From assembly GCF_001194135.2 (NCBI RefSeq), contig NC_068997.1:6294670-6352948 (forward strand): a stretch of DNA of 58,279 nt. The letters run 5' to 3'. Position numbers and translations under genes: made by a program. Positions 25,671 to 40,449 of the stretch are shown here, piece after piece (positions within the stretch are counted from its first letter, which is position 1; each line of letters begins with the position of its first letter). The stretch is from Octopus bimaculoides (Eukaryota). The notes beneath the pieces were generated by a model that saw only the letters and a list, made by a program, of their open reading frames with translations, was not told the DNA's origin and made no database searches.

Positions 25671-26414
25671 TATTATTGCTTAATGTTTTTTTTTGTTTTT
25701 TGTTTTTGCCAAATCTTCTATAAATCTGTATTCAAAATTTATAAGTTTATCTATCATACATAGATCAAAAAGAATATATTCACTTCAAATATTTAATCCT
25801 GACTAATTCACAGAACTATTCAATGATCAAAAGATAACGGAATGACTGATTTCCTTTCACCGTTGTGAGAAAAGGTTTATAAGGGAAGTGTAAACTAAAC
25901 TGAAAAGACCTCAGTATATTACTGTCATTTCCTTGCCCAGGGAAAGAAAAAGGTGATTCAGCTGTTAACCCCTGTAATTTTAAGAATGAAACTAACCAAG
26001 CTAATGCTAAACAAGCTATTCATACTGTCTTCTCTCATTTGTCTCACCGCCTTAAATTAGATATTTTAAAGTACATTTATTATTAAGGAAAAGGAAAATG
26101 TTTCGACTGGGAATATAAACAAGATCGTAGACTCAGATAAGAGGAAACTGCTTTCCTCTACAACAAGAGCGATGGCCCTAATAAAGGAATTAATAAACCT
26201 AAAAGATGAAACTTGTCTTAGATCCCGGTGCTTTGGTGCTATGCTATCTGGATTTTGTTTTCCCCGTAACCTTCAAAACTATCAATTATAACATTCATGA
26301 GAAAGTCATAACCTTCAAAATATTGCTATTTACCAATTGGTACCAAATTGAGGTCAAATAGATTGACCCGAAGTAGTAAAATAAAAGTTTTCTTTCGTGA
26401 AATATCTACTTCAT

Positions 26415-26622
26415 AAATCCCTGTCAAAATTAAGATCCTCATGGGAGGGGACAAGTCGATTATATTGACCCCCAGTGCTCCATTGGTACTTATTTTATCG
26501 ACCCCGAAAGGGATGAAAGGCAAAGTCAACCTCAGCGGAATTTGAACTCAGAATATAAAGATGGACAAAAGGCTGCTAAGCATTTTTTGCCCGGCGTGCT
26601 AACGATTCTGCCACTTCACCGT
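26415..26622 (-). mobile_element. SINE family A copy
   Basis: gtcgattatattgacccccagtgctccattggtacttattttatcgaccccgaaagggatgaaaggcaaagtcaacctcagcggaatttgaactcagaa. Confidence 0.8.
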
Positions 26623-28399
26623 CTGAGATAAATTTAGTATTAGATTCAAGTATTTATATTTAAAATAACTATTTTTCTGAGATACAAAATCATCATTAAC
26701 CCCAGTATATTGCTGCTATGTAAGACTCCTTGACATGAATGCAATTTCTTTTTTAATTTAATTTTTTTTTATTCAAGAGCTGAATGGCAGAATTTGTAGA
26801 ATGTCGGACAAAGTAATTTGTAGCATTTGCATCCCTTCACGTTATTGAAGGAAGCATAAACATACCATTTATTCCTTTTCTTCTGCAAATCTAAGATACT
26901 GAAACTAAGTAGAAATAAACATAAATTACATACTATCGGATAATTTCGGAAAACAGATGACCCATTTATATCACGCACGCGCGCACAGCTAGTTGAAGTA
27001 TTACTTCTGCTCAATCTAGAGCGTCATCATCATCATCTACCTTATCTGATGAAGGAAAGTCAAAAAAACTTGCTCTTACATTTGTGATTTGAATTCTCCC
27101 ATCGTCAAGAACTGCTGGCGTTTGGGCGCATTTGACATAGAAGACGCACAAATGGCGAGGGTCGTAATTATGTAAAAGGTTTGAAACCTCTATTGATGAT
27201 GTCCACCGTTTCTGGGTTTGTGCGTGCGTGTGTGCGTGTGTGCGTGCGTGTGTGTGTGTGTGTTCGTAAGCGAATACAAGACCCAGAGGTCTATAGAGTT
27301 AATATTTAATTCTAGATTATCAACATCTAAATGGAGAAGGGTTAATCCTGGATCACAAAAACTTTAGAAGTATTCTCTGTAGCCGAGTTATTATAATCCA
27401 GATTGAAATATTCTAAAGTGGGTGAGATAATCCTAGGTAGTTTTAATCCATTAAATACAACAATCACTATTAAATACAAGTTTTGATTCATTAAATAAAA
27501 CAGTCCTTGTAATAGCTGTGGAATCGTCAAAGGACCCACATCCGTAAGTTTTCATTTAGACATCACATTCCTACATCTTTCCATACATACGTAGAAGTTC
27601 TACAGTATTATTGTTTGTTGTTGTTGGTTTTGTTTGTATGTTTTTTTTAATATATATTTTAGGCAATCCAGTCACTGAAACTGCGTGCTTTGTAAACCTG
27701 TGACGAATCCGATAATTGAAACTACTGTAACTTTTTAAGTCAAACTAAAATTCGCTGTCTGTTAGGTTTCAGTTGAATGCTACCAAATCCAAGCAATATC
27801 CACGCATTTGTCATACAAGAAACTCATACAGACAAACAGCAAACTGCCGGCATTCCAGAATAGCACACCTATTACAATAGCAATATTCAAAAGTGATAAA
27901 TTACACCAAGCAACTTAACAACAATAACAATAGAAATGTTTAATAAAAACAAATGCAAGCAGAAAAATGCATAACATCATGATAGAAATGAGCAAAATAT
28001 CAAGAAAGGTTTAAAAAACTTGGATTATGGGTTACGATGTGAACATGTTACGACTATTGGTTTTTATCTACATTAACATTAGAAAGTAGAGAAAATTGAT
28101 TTCCGTTGGTCTTGAGGATGACGACTGATCGAATCCTGCCATCAACTGAATTACCAGCGTATTAGTGAAAGCATGAGTAGTTCATATGCTAAGATTCATG
28201 TAGCTTTACTGTGACGACGACGCAGACTCAATCCGGTTTCCATCTTCCCAGTTTCACTCACAACAATAATGAGAAAACATACGCAAGATGCCATGCACGA
28301 CTCTATATATATACTGTAATATATATACTGTATATATATACTGTACTTATTGTCAATTTTTAGTAGGGAGTAAGTGTTATCATAGTATAAAAATTCATA

Positions 28400-28435
<36 letters not shown>

Positions 28436-28759
28436 NNNNNNNNNNNNNNNNNNNNNNNNNNNNNNNNNNNNNNNNNNNNNNNNNNNNNNNNNNNNNNNNN
28501 NNNNNNNNNNNNNNNNNNNNNNNNNNNNNNNNNNNNNNNNNNNNNNNNNNNNNNNNNNNNNNNNNNNNNNNNNNNNNNNNNNNNNNNNNNNNNNNNNNNN
28601 NNNNNNNNNNNNNNNNNNNNNNNNNNNNNNNNNNNNNNNNNNNNNNNNNNNNNNNNNNNNNNNNNNNNNNNNNNNNNNNNNNNNNNNNNNNNNNNNNNNN
28701 NNNNNNNNNNNNNNNNNNNNNNNNNNNNNNNNNNNNNNNNNNNNNNNNNNNNNNNNNNN

Positions 28760-28807
<48 letters not shown>

Positions 28808-29635
28808 CTCCGTTAACCTTACCGGCCATCTATTAATATTAGTTTTCCAAGAACGCAAAATTATTATATTTTTGTTTGAAAGCTGTGAAGACAAGAAAAG
28901 GTATGAGAAGTCTATTAATAAGAGAAACTATAAGGAAAAGAAAAGGTAGGAGAAATCTATTAATCTAAAAATAACCACAGACACGTTGGGTGTGCCCTGC
29001 TATGAGCTGTGTACGTAAGCAAAACATTGCCAGAGTATTATAACATGTAGGCAATAGCCTGGCTTGCTTGCAAGAGCACAGACGTACCTTAATTAGAATC
29101 ATATTGTTGAAAATAATCTAAATTGTTGAAAGAACTATCAGATAGTTGCGAAGTCCAGTCTCCTTTCGATGCTAATATTAAATTATGCAGTTTAAATGCT
29201 TAAATGTCATTAATTTTTTTTTATTATATTCATTTCCATTGTTAATTAAGGAGTGTTTTCCTCCCCTCTAATGTCACTGAGAATATTTGCTATAACGTAA
29301 AGCAATTGGAAAGACGAGAACTAAGTCTATATATTTCAATATCAATCCGATAAAGCTGAATGCTTTACTTGCGAATATATTGTAATATCCAACAGCGATA
29401 TGGCGTGCCTGATTCGTGTGCCCACCTACTGACAGGCTGACTGCCATTTTAAGCATATGAATTGGAATGCATATTTTAGGTATACATACATACACACACA
29501 CACACACACATTATATATATATATATATATAACACATTTATATTCCTGTCTCAATCATTTGGACTGTAGCTATGCTGGGGTACCGCCATGAACGCCAGTA
29601 CTTCACACACACGCGCACATATATATACATGTATG

Positions 29636-29670
<35 letters not shown>

Positions 29671-29897
29671 NNNNNNNNNNNNNNNNNNNNNNNNNNNNNN
29701 NNNNNNNNNNNNNNNNNNNNNNNNNNNNNNNNNNNNNNNNNNNNNNNNNNNNNNNNNNNNNNNNNNNNNNNNNNNNNNNNNNNNNNNNNNNNNNNNNNNN
29801 NNNNNNNNNNNNNNNNNNNNNNNNNNNNNNNNNNNNNNNNNNNNNNNNNNNNNNNNNNNNNNNNNNNNNNNNNNNNNNNNNNNNNNNNNNNNNNNNN

Positions 29898-29933
<36 letters not shown>

Positions 29934-30719
29934 CAAAGTTATTTTATTCCGCACGGGTAGAAATATAGGAAAATTAGAAGTTGAAAATGCATCGAGAATA
30001 GTTAAAATATTTTCTGGTAAAAGTTAACGATTTAACAGGTTTCACTGCTTACACTGATTTTCAAAAAGTTGAAATAACAACATAGTTATTTGTACATTTG
30101 TACATTACTCACACAAAACTCATTCTCCACTTAACATGAGGAACCTAAACAACTAACAACCTAAACTTTAGCCACTGGACTATATACAAACGACTCTTGT
30201 CCACTCACCCACCTGACAGATTAAATTTAGAGTGTCCTGATTATAACTAAATATGTTCGCTCAACCGTGTCGGCCTTCATTTTAGGCACAAAATATACTA
30301 TCACGTGACACTAACGCACGGACGTAGCAGGAAACGTACAGAAGGTTCTAAAGTTTATCACGAGTTCATTCTCTACAAACACTTGACAGAAAACATTCAG
30401 AGCACTGACTGTGTGGTACTATCACTAAACATGTTCAGTCAATCGTATCAACCTTAATTTACGACGCCAAACAATGTCACTTGATACTAACACACGAACG
30501 TAGCGGGGAACCTGCAAAATTTTTTAAGACCAGTCATGTGACTATCCTCTACCAATCAAGTCCTATGCAAAGCATATACAAATTTGAGCCATGGACTCCC
30601 TATAAAAATAGAGCAAGCTTCAAACACGAGTCAGAAGCAAGCCATCTTGATGAGGGTCGCCTCGCAGTTTTTGGCTGTTGATTTCTTTGGAACGTTAAAT
30701 GGTTACACACTGTTATTAT

Positions 30720-31212
30720 ATATCATTGTAGGTTTCCCCGTGCTCAAGTCTACTGTCAGCAATTAGAGCGTTTGAACCAAGCTTTGAAGAAGAAAAAAAC
30801 CTGCTTTAGTGAAATGAATAGGAGTGATGTTTCATCAGGACAATGCGCGACCCCACACTGCAAAGATCACATCACAGAAGGTCGAAGAGCTTGGTTTGGA
30901 AAAAATTCCTCATCCACCTTATTCTCCCGACCTTGCTTCTTCAGACTACCATTTGTTTCGTAGTTTACAGAATCGTTTGGGGGACATAACTTTCGCAAGC
31001 CAGGAGGAGGTCGAAACTGACATTTCAGAGTTCTTCGCTTTGAAACCTAAAGAGTTTTACATTGATGGGATTAAAGAGCTTGTAAATATATGGAAGGAAG
31101 TCATAGATAATCAGGGAAAGTACATTGATGATTAAATTTCAATTAAATATAACATTTGATCACTTGTTTTCTTTGTTCAAAATTCGGACAGAACTTATGG
31201 GATGACCTGATA
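30720..31212 (+). mobile_element. 5'-truncated mariner transposon: catalytic C-terminus plus right TIR
   Basis: FHQDNARPH..HPPYSPDLASSDYHLFRSLQ..GKYIDD* (mariner DD34D motifs), followed by a TIR-like end cggacagaacttatgggatgacctgata|ta. No left TIR seen. Confidence 0.9.
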
Positions 31213-32409
31213 TATATGTTCATCTACATACACCTGCATACACCAGGTTCAGCAGTTCGTAAGTTGCATCTGATATTTCCCTCTGTCTATGTCCTAGAAT
31301 CCTCGCTTTCAAAGAGTTTCATTTAGCTGTGAATATGAGTCACTTAGTAATGTAATGTAACACTGTAAATAAATGGGAAACTAAAATATATACTCATGTT
31401 TAAATATCCGTACTACCGTTATACATCAATAGTACAAAGTATACCGAATTTCTGCACAAGAATATTTTGCTCTGTTTATGAAGCAAAGGAAACAGTCTTC
31501 AGTACATTGGCATCAGAAGTTATAATTGATTTCATTAAGATGAGACGTTCGTTCCCTTTCAGAGCGCTAAAGTTTCACTGCCATTTCTGACAAGCTTCCT
31601 TTTTAGTCAACAACAAAAAAAGTTAATGTACTGTGCGTTTGTCTTATTAATTATATTAGTTCTTAACTTGAGAAAACCATAATCTTAAACATCCGTATAC
31701 GATCAGTAAAATAGATTTCTCTTATAACCACACACCCAAGTTTATGCAGTCGAGGAAATCAATTGGTGTTACAGTTATGTCTTTCTCGTGGACATTAGTA
31801 ACATTCACGAAGGGAAATGATTGAAAGGAAAATCAAACCGGAAATTGAAAATTGATATCAGTTCACAGGAATCTTGTTTCCTGTTGTAAACCTAATAAAC
31901 ATGTACATATACTTTCAAAAACAATCCCATAAATCATTTGGTTGTTGAGTTAAATCTGAGGGCGTCATCTTTATATTAAATATCTGACAAGTCATCTTGG
32001 TGAGTCCCTCTGCAATTCAGACTGAACTCAGTATTGCACGCCAATGAAACTTAGGTCCCGTTTTCAGTGTTACCACTTCTGTTAGAAGCTACCCAACAAG
32101 GGAGCCTCTGCACGATCAGTTGATCAAATTTCTTTTAGTTCATAAACTATTATTTTACGAACGAACTTATAGAGTGTATTCCAAAGTACATGCTACCTAG
32201 GCAAAGATCTGAATAGTACCTTAAACATAGGTCTCCTCGATCAGGACTCACCAGAAGTTAAAGAGCAACAACCACTACACTCAGTATCAAATTTTATCCA
32301 GCAGAGTCAGTGACTGAAGTTTTTGAGAATCAAGTACATGTATCAAAATACAACTTATTTCGCCTCAGCTATTTCCGGTATATGAATGTCTTCAACAGTT
32401 CAATATTCT

Positions 32410-32795
32410 TTTATTTGTTTCAGTGATTTGACTGCGGCTATGCTGGAGCACCGCCTTTAGTCGAACAAATCAACCTCAGGACTTATTCTTTGTAAGCCTA
32501 GTACTTATTCTATCGGTCTCTTTTACCGAACCGCTAAGTTACGGGGACGTAAACACATCAGCATCAGTTGCCAAGCGATGGTGATAGGACCTACACAGAA
32601 CAAACATACACATACACACACACACACATACATATGTACGATAGGCTTCTTTCAGTTTCCACCTACCAAATCCACTCACAAGGCTTTGGTCGACCCGAGG
32701 CTGTAGTAGCGGACACTTGTCCAAGGTGCCACGCAGTGGGACTGAACCCGAAACCATGTGGTTGGTAAGCAAGCTACTTACCACACAGCCACTTC
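32410..32795 (-). mobile_element. Near full-length tRNA-SINE family C (fragments also at about 8490-8690, 11020-11130, 18620-18800, 23730-23870, 29560-29600, 57690-57790)
   Basis: Minus-strand head agtggctgtgtggtaagtagcttgcttaccaaccacatggtttcgggttcagtcccactgcg with A box TGGCTGTGTGG and B-box-like GGTTCAGTCCC, an internal CA/TA microsatellite and tail ..ctccagcatagccgcagtcaaatcactgaaacaaataaaaag. Confidence 0.8.
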
Positions 32796-33009
32796 NNNNN
32801 NNNNNNNNNNNNNNNNNNNNNNNNNNNNNNNNNNNNNNNNNNNNNNNNNNNNNNNNNNNNNNNNNNNNNNNNNNNNNNNNNNNNNNNNNNNNNNNNNNNN
32901 NNNNNNNNNNNNNNNNNNNNNNNNNNNNNNNNNNNNNNNNNNNNNNNNNNNNNNNNNNNNNNNNNNNNNNTATATATATATATATATATCAACTGATGCA
33001 TTTTGCAAG

Positions 33010-33245
33010 AAAGACTATGCTAAAACAGCCATACTCTCTTCCTTCAGGGGAATCACACACAGCGTCTAATAATATCAGGGACTTAGGAATAATTGTTGAC
33101 AACAATCTCAGCTGGAGAGCCCACATCAACAATAAGGTTGCTATAGCTCGTAGGATGAACTCCTGAATCCCAAGAACCTTCCGGTGCCGAGAACAGGGTG
33201 TCATCTCCTTCTTTGCATGGCCACACCTCGAATACTGCTGCCTAG
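33010..33245 (+). mobile_element. CR1/L2/Jockey-group LINE RT C-terminal fragment
   Basis: IRDLGIIVDNNLSWRAHINNKVAIARRMNS*I.RTFRCRE...PHLEYCC. Confidence 0.7.
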
Positions 33246-34862
33246 AGAGAATAAAAAAGCGTGTGGATTTAGCGATGAAGCACGGTGACTGTTTGGGAAA
33301 AAATGGTTTGACAGGAGAGATAGAAAGAAGAGATAATAAAGTATTGGTGATCCCAAAACGAAGATACGCATGAAAATGTTTAAGTGTGTGTGTGTATGGA
33401 CGATGGTGTGTTTGTGTGCAGATAGTGGTGTGTGGTATGGGTGCTGGGAAGTGGTCAGTGCTAGTGTGTTTAGATTGGTGTGAGGTGGTGTGATGTGGTG
33501 TGTAGGTGTTGTGATATATGTGGCGTTCGATCATATAATAATATAAATAATATATAAATATATGCATATTAGCGGTTGTAGTAACCGAATAAGGGATAAA
33601 AATATCCGTATTTACTATCGGTATCAGTTACCTGTACTATCGCAGTTACCTGTGCTATAGGGGTCCAAACAAATTGGACCCCTATCCGTAGATTATTTTT
33701 TAATATAAAACATGACATAACATTTCTTACAGCTGTTTCCGCTTCCAATACCAATCGGGGTTTACGAAAGAATTTCGAAATTAATATTCGTAATCTTCAT
33801 AGGAGATTTGATCTAGTTCGTAGAGCTTCATCAGAGTGAATACAAATGCGTAAAATTAAATAAACGAAGGGAAGAGGGAATAGGAAAGAACAGGCGCTAG
33901 AGAAGAGGCCAGAAGGTTCAATATATCAAAATCATACCATCTCCCAGCGTGGAGCTTTGAAGTCGGTAGATAGCTAAAAGTAAGGTGATATATCCAAACG
34001 CCAAAGGATTTTTATCTGATGCTCCACCGATTCTGCTTTCCACTCACCATTTTCATTCACAACTAATCATTCCGGAAAAGCATATTATTCTGGAGGCTAA
34101 ATCTGCGAGTTTTTGGCGCAATGATTTTTGTTTTTGTTGGCGAAATGATGAAACACACATGAAATACAGTTCATTTCTGTCTGCTAAGATCAGAAGAAGA
34201 ATTAAAATATTTATTACATATCTATTTCTGGTGACTGCTGGGAATACGAATGCTTTAAAATAGACTTCGTACAAAATACTGAGTTACAAAACAAAAATAG
34301 AAATCATTCGTTGCTCAGAAGTTACACAAAGCTTCATAAAACATCAGAATACAATTAGGGAAAATGAAAAAAAAAAAAAAATTTACAGTAAAAAAATCGG
34401 TTGCAAATCGACCGCAATAATAATATTTCTTTAAATACGTTGAATGGTTCTTATAAAGGTGTTTGATACAGAACGAAAAGTAAAGTTTGAAGGTCATCGA
34501 TTCTTCACATTACATGCAGGGAAAGGAAACATCGCTTATGTAGTGTATAAAAAAAAACAACTTGGTGTTGGAAACAATACAGAGCATACGACACTACACA
34601 TAAGACTATAGCAAGATTTACTAAAAAAAAATACTATCTCTACGTTTATATTTGTGAATTGATAATATTAATGTGAGTAAAAAGTTAAAACAAAAATATA
34701 ATGAAAGAAAAAAAATGATTGAAATACGACGAGAGAATATGACAACAACTCACACAAGTTGTAAATAAACACTTACCTGACGTCCAACAAGATTGAGAAC
34801 GTTATCCTTGAAAGAGAATTGGATTAATGATATTACATACTGGTGTATGTCTATATACATAA

Positions 34863-34913
<51 letters not shown>

Positions 34914-35259
34914 AGATTCACCAGGAAGCAATAAATTACAGAACTCTATACGTAAATGCAGAGAATTCTTTAATACGTTATAAATGAAAGCTTTGTGATT
35001 CCAGAACTCCGACTTACACGTTTCTAACCTTTCAGCCTGAAATATATTCAAACAACAAGTTGTTGAAGAGAAAACAGACTCCAGTCACCAGTTGAATGAT
35101 CGGAAGTATGAGACTCGGAGTTCTGCAATTACGATCTTTTCAGTTAGCATATATACACATATTCATACATATATAATATATACATATATTCATTTATAAT
35201 ATATACATATATTCAGTTATAATATATACATATATCCATACACAAATAGACGGACAGAC

Positions 35260-35321
<62 letters not shown>

Positions 35322-36443
35322 GATAAGGGATGATAGAGAGATAAAACAGGTTAACGAAAATTGAAATACTTGTACTGTATTTTTCTCTACTTGTATAATA
35401 CAGAGAATTTTTACAAAAATAACATGAAGTAACATTATGAGAAAGACAGGGATAGAGAGATGGTATACGGAGAAAGAGATAGAGGAAGTGGGGAGACAGA
35501 GAAGTCTGGTAACTTTATGGAAGTAGTTTATCAGTAATATACCATCCCATTCCTTGTCTCTTTTCAACTGAGATTTTTATTCTGGAAAACTGACAGGTAA
35601 GTAGAAATCCTTACAATGATTCATTGAAGTATTCAACAGCCTTTATTGGTAAAATAACTGAAAATCGTGAATTTGGATTCGTTTGAGCCATGTTCTGGAC
35701 AATAATATTTCTTCATATTCCTTCTCGACCTCTTCTAACTACAGGTCGGTATCTCGTAAAACATTGAGGTGTGCTCTGCTAGACTATGAAAACATTCCAG
35801 AGGCATTAGCTGTCTCAACTAAAGTTTCATAGGATCTCGTTAAATTCTAATTAATGCTTGACAATAGAGTTGACACCTGTCCTGAGAAGTTTAGGAATAG
35901 AATAACAAACCACTATTTAAAACCAATTTACTTACATTCTATCCTAAAGTGTATTTTATAAGTGAAACTGTTTAGCTTCCCGTTCGGTATGTTTCCGGCT
36001 CTACAAAAACAGAGCTGTGAAACAATTATCATAAAAAAAGTTATTTCGGACAACTATAATTTATTAAAACATTTTGTTGTACTATTATATAGTGTTGGCT
36101 GAACATAAAGTATATTACTGATACTCAAATAACTTTCAAAGGAGACGCCGAGGTATTTTTGATCTCAGAAAAGTGTAAGCGAACTTTTAACGGCGTGAAG
36201 TACCGATATGGTCATCTGCTCTTCAACAATAATTTTGTTAGTGATGAGGACATGAACTAAAATATCTGAATGACATTAATGTTAAATACCAGTGTCAGGT
36301 ATGTTTTCAAAATGATCGTTCTGTTTAGCCTAATTACGTTGCAATAGATATGTTGAAATAAGGTAGAATACAACATGCAATACGTACATACACACACACA
36401 CACACTCTCTCTCTCACTCACTCACTCGCGCGCGTATAGATAA

Positions 36444-36482
<39 letters not shown>

Positions 36483-36483
36483 T

Positions 36484-36532
<49 letters not shown>

Positions 36533-36533
36533 C

Positions 36534-36589
<56 letters not shown>

Positions 36590-36739
36590 CAGCTTGCTCC
36601 CGTTCTTCCCGTAACAATTACACTCACCCCCACCCCCCAATCACTACCAGATAAGACAAACAGCTCGCGTGAATAGCCGTTTGCCGTAAGATTTTGTCCT
36701 GAGGCAACAGCCCAAACTAAAATTAAATAACAACCCTAG

Positions 36740-38327
36740 TAATAAGCAACATTATCATTGTCACCCTATATAAGAACAAAAGGGACGAAAGCGACTTTAA
36801 TAACTACCGAGGTATTATTCTGTAAAGCATCGTTGGGAAGGTCTTTGCTCGGTGATCCTAAACAGAATACAGAAATTCGCTGAGAGGGTATAGCCCGAAT
36901 TTCAGTACGGTTTCAGATCAGAACGCTCCACCACCAACATGATCTCTCTTCGACAGCTACTGAAGCGCCGAGAGCAAAGGCAACTTTTTATCACCTTCAT
37001 CTACCTCGCAAAGGCTTTTGACTTAGTCAGTAGAGACGGCTTATTCAAAATCCTTGCCAAGATTGGCTGTCCTCCAAGACTCCTCAAGATTATCCAATCA
37101 TTTCACGCGGAAAAGTGTCGTTCAACTTGATGGCTCTTTTTCCGGAAGCATTTAACGTACGTAGCGGCATGAAGAAGGGCTGTGTGCTTTCCCCCACTCT
37201 GTTTGGCATCTTCTTTGCAGTCATGCTGAAACATGCATTTTGGACATCAACTAATGGTGTTTACCTTCAAACCAAATCAGACGATAAATTGTTTAGTCCG
37301 TCGAGGCTGAAAGCAAAACACAGGGTGCGTCAGGTATTTGTCAGAGAAAGGCTATTCGTGGACGACGCAGCACTGACAGCGCACTCTGAAGAGCAAAGGC
37401 AGCACTTCGTGGACAAATTTTCAAAGGCCTGTCAGGAACTCAGCCTGACTATCGGTCTGAAGAAGACCCAAAGTCTCAAGTACTCACCACCCACCATCAC
37501 CAACTACAACCTGGAGGTAGTCCATCAATTCACCTATCTCAACTCTACCATCGCTGATTACCTCTCGCTGGATCCTGAGATCAGCAGGCGAAACGGACAA
37601 GCATCTCCCACATTTGCCAGGCTCACAAAGAGGGTCTGGGAAAACAAAAAAAAACTGGCTGCAAACACCGAGATTACTGTCTACAAGGCGTGCGTCCTTA
37701 GTACGCTACTTTACGGCAGTGAGATGTGGAGCCTCTACTCCAGACAGGAGCGGCGTCTCAATCTCTTTCACCCGCGTAATTTGAGACGCATCTTGGATGT
37801 CAAGTGGACCGACCACATCCCCAACACCGAAGTCCTCAACTGAGCCGAGGTACCCAGCATACTCACCCTGCTCCAGCAGCATTGTTTGCGCTGGCTCCGT
37901 CATGTACATCGCATGCTGGACGGAAGGATTGGAAAAGACTTCTTGTATGGGGAATTTACCACAAGCACAAGAGCACGAGGACGACCTCATCTTCGTTTCA
38001 AGGACGACTGCAAGAGGCATACGAAGCCGCTTCATCTAGACGTCCTAAGATAGGAGGAGGTTAAAAACGATCACCCACACTGGAAACAAATACTGCAAAA
38101 GGGGATGAAACGAGCGGAAGCAAAACAGGAACTCGCCACCAAAGAAAAGCGCACTCAGCGGAAGGAAAAACAAATGGCGCGGCAGAGAGCTCCTTCAAAT
38201 ACAGTTGGTGTATGCGTGACTACCACTCCCGTATGGACTTCTGCAGCTACAGCAGACGCTGCACCACCAGTAGCTGATACGATTTCTTCGGGCGCAGATC
38301 CATGGCCTCTCGAGACCGACGGATGCC

Positions 38328-38330
<3 letters not shown>
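36740..38330 (+). mobile_element. 5'-truncated RTE-clade LINE: reverse transcriptase to 3' end, decayed
   Basis: LYKNK.D.SD.NNYRGI, FIYLAKAFDLVSR, GMKKGCVLSPTLF, LFVDDAAL, FTYLNS, LLYGSEMW, RWL.HV.RM, degenerate C-terminal C..R.CHSR..L.S..RRC, and 3' end ccatggcctctcgagaccgacggatgcctac followed by (TA)n(TG)n. Confidence 0.92.
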
Positions 38331-38422
<92 letters not shown>

Positions 38423-40117
38423 CTGAATATATGTATATATAATTCATCGATATTGTATTGTTTAATAACAACAGAAAGTGGAAGACAGGTTATTTATCAA
38501 CTTGCTTCTACTGATTTGACAAACTTTATTGATAAGGAGAGTGTTGCAAAAAGAGAAGGCAGGTTGCCCAATGTTTTCTGCTAACGAACAGAGCTGGAAC
38601 TAAGTATTCGTAGTAACAATAGTTGTTTATCTGTAATTATATTTGTAACTCAACGTAGACAATACCTTCTCTTGGTCATTAAATATTTAATCAATGAAAT
38701 CAAGGAAACGAGATGAAAAGAGTGTGTAATATATCATTAGGTTCGATAATGTGTACATGGGTCGATTTACTTGAATGTAAACTGGAGAAAGAGAATACAA
38801 GAATATTGTAAACTTAAGAGGAAAGTGTGTATTAATTATAACAACTTCGACGGGGTCTTTAATTATTTTATTGTAATATGATAATGAAAAGCATTCTTAC
38901 AATCTTGGTAGCTACCAGTCTCATTCCTATCTTAGTTTTTGAAAGTTATTTTTATTTTTTCCATAATTTTAGAAATCGAAGAATTGATAACAGAACGCTA
39001 CAAATAGATTGTAGTGTTAGTGTCCTTCCAAAAAGAAAAGAAAAACGTAAATAAATTAAATTTGAATTTTTCTTTTTGTTTCTCAATTGTTTGTTTTCCA
39101 GTCAATGAGACACAAAATCTTAACTTAAAACCCTCCAAAAAATAAAATGACTCTTCCGAGAATATAATAATTATTATTCTGTCTCTAATTTTACAGAGCG
39201 TGTCTATTATTCTAATTGCTTAGTGTTCAATAGTAGCAATGAGAGAATCAGAAAGATGTTTTATAAAAATAGCTCACGCTACAAATGTTTATGTTTTAAC
39301 AATTAAATCTAAATTGCTTGCCAATAATCCAGCACTTAGATGTAAAAAGAGCTACAAATCATTACAAATTATTTAGCAGAAGTTTCTAAAAAGAAAAACT
39401 TATAGATACTTACGGAATCATTCTTATTTCTTCGGTTTTAAAAACACACAATATTTTGAAAATGTAAACCATAAAAGCTCAATACATACAAATAGACAGG
39501 AATTAAGAAACGATAACCAAGATAAAAGTTGTGGGTTAAAGTTATTAATTTACAACTTCTACTAATAAATCGAATGTTTTCCATGAATAAAGACTCTGTC
39601 TTTCAGGCAAGAAGACTTGAGTGTCGCAATTTTTATTTCTTTTCCAAACACACAGTTAAATAGACATGAAATGTCTTCATTGACGGACACTAATTTCTAC
39701 CCATCTTTCATCATGCCAATTATCTCGAAGTGTTGTGCATGTCATAAGTCATAAAGCACTGAATTAAATGTCGTGAATTACTTGTTATCTTTCTACATTT
39801 TGCATTCAAATCCCATCAAATCTCTTGTCTCAATCCTGCTTCACTTTAATAATACCATCGGTTGTCTCAACGTTTGTGCTAATATGGAAAAGTATTTCTA
39901 ATTAGATATGCTTAAAGTAAATATATATATATATATACATANNNNNNNNNNNNNNNNNNNNNNNNNNNNNNNNNNNNNNNNNNNNNNNNNNNNNNNNNNN
40001 NNNNNNNNNNNNNNNNNNNNNNNNNNNNNNNNNNNNNNNNNNNNNNNNNNNNNNNNNNNNNNNNNNNNNNNNNNNNNNNNNNNNNNNNNNNNNNATATAT
40101 ATATATATATAATAATA

Positions 40118-40169
<52 letters not shown>

Positions 40170-40449
40170 TATGAGGGACAAAATCCAAAATTACAGGTAA
40201 AAACTCATTAAAATCAATTTATAAAAAATTAAAATTAAATTGAGCTTTACAGATTAAAATATATATAAATATATAGTTTTAGGGAAAAGAACCAAGTTTC
40301 ATGAACTCATCAATGAAAATCCACTATCACATATAGAAAAATTAATAATTAAAAGCACAATAAACGAGTATAATATAATACAAAGTAAATATCATAAGAT
40401 AAAGACAGGGGACTGTCACAGTAAGTTGACAGCATACAACTACTTCATT

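Noticed and set aside
27000-27215. Minus-strand open frame ..VLDDGRIQITNVRASFFDFP.. with a gtaaga donor, superficially VirK-like
   Set aside because: It lies in intron 1, upstream of the CpcT C-terminus, with incompatible phase and a poor acceptor.
28105-28145. cttgaggatgacgactgatcgaat, loosely hammerhead-like
   Set aside because: Both core halves are broken and no stems form.
35600-36300. Further transposon relics (a DQKYLGVSF LINE-like motif on the minus strand; a mariner-like texture)
   Set aside because: Too decayed to assign a family or boundaries with confidence.
40285-40320. Hammerhead-like uUGAUGA-guucau-GAAA-cuugguu on the minus strand
   Set aside because: No stem I pairing and a marginal stem II.
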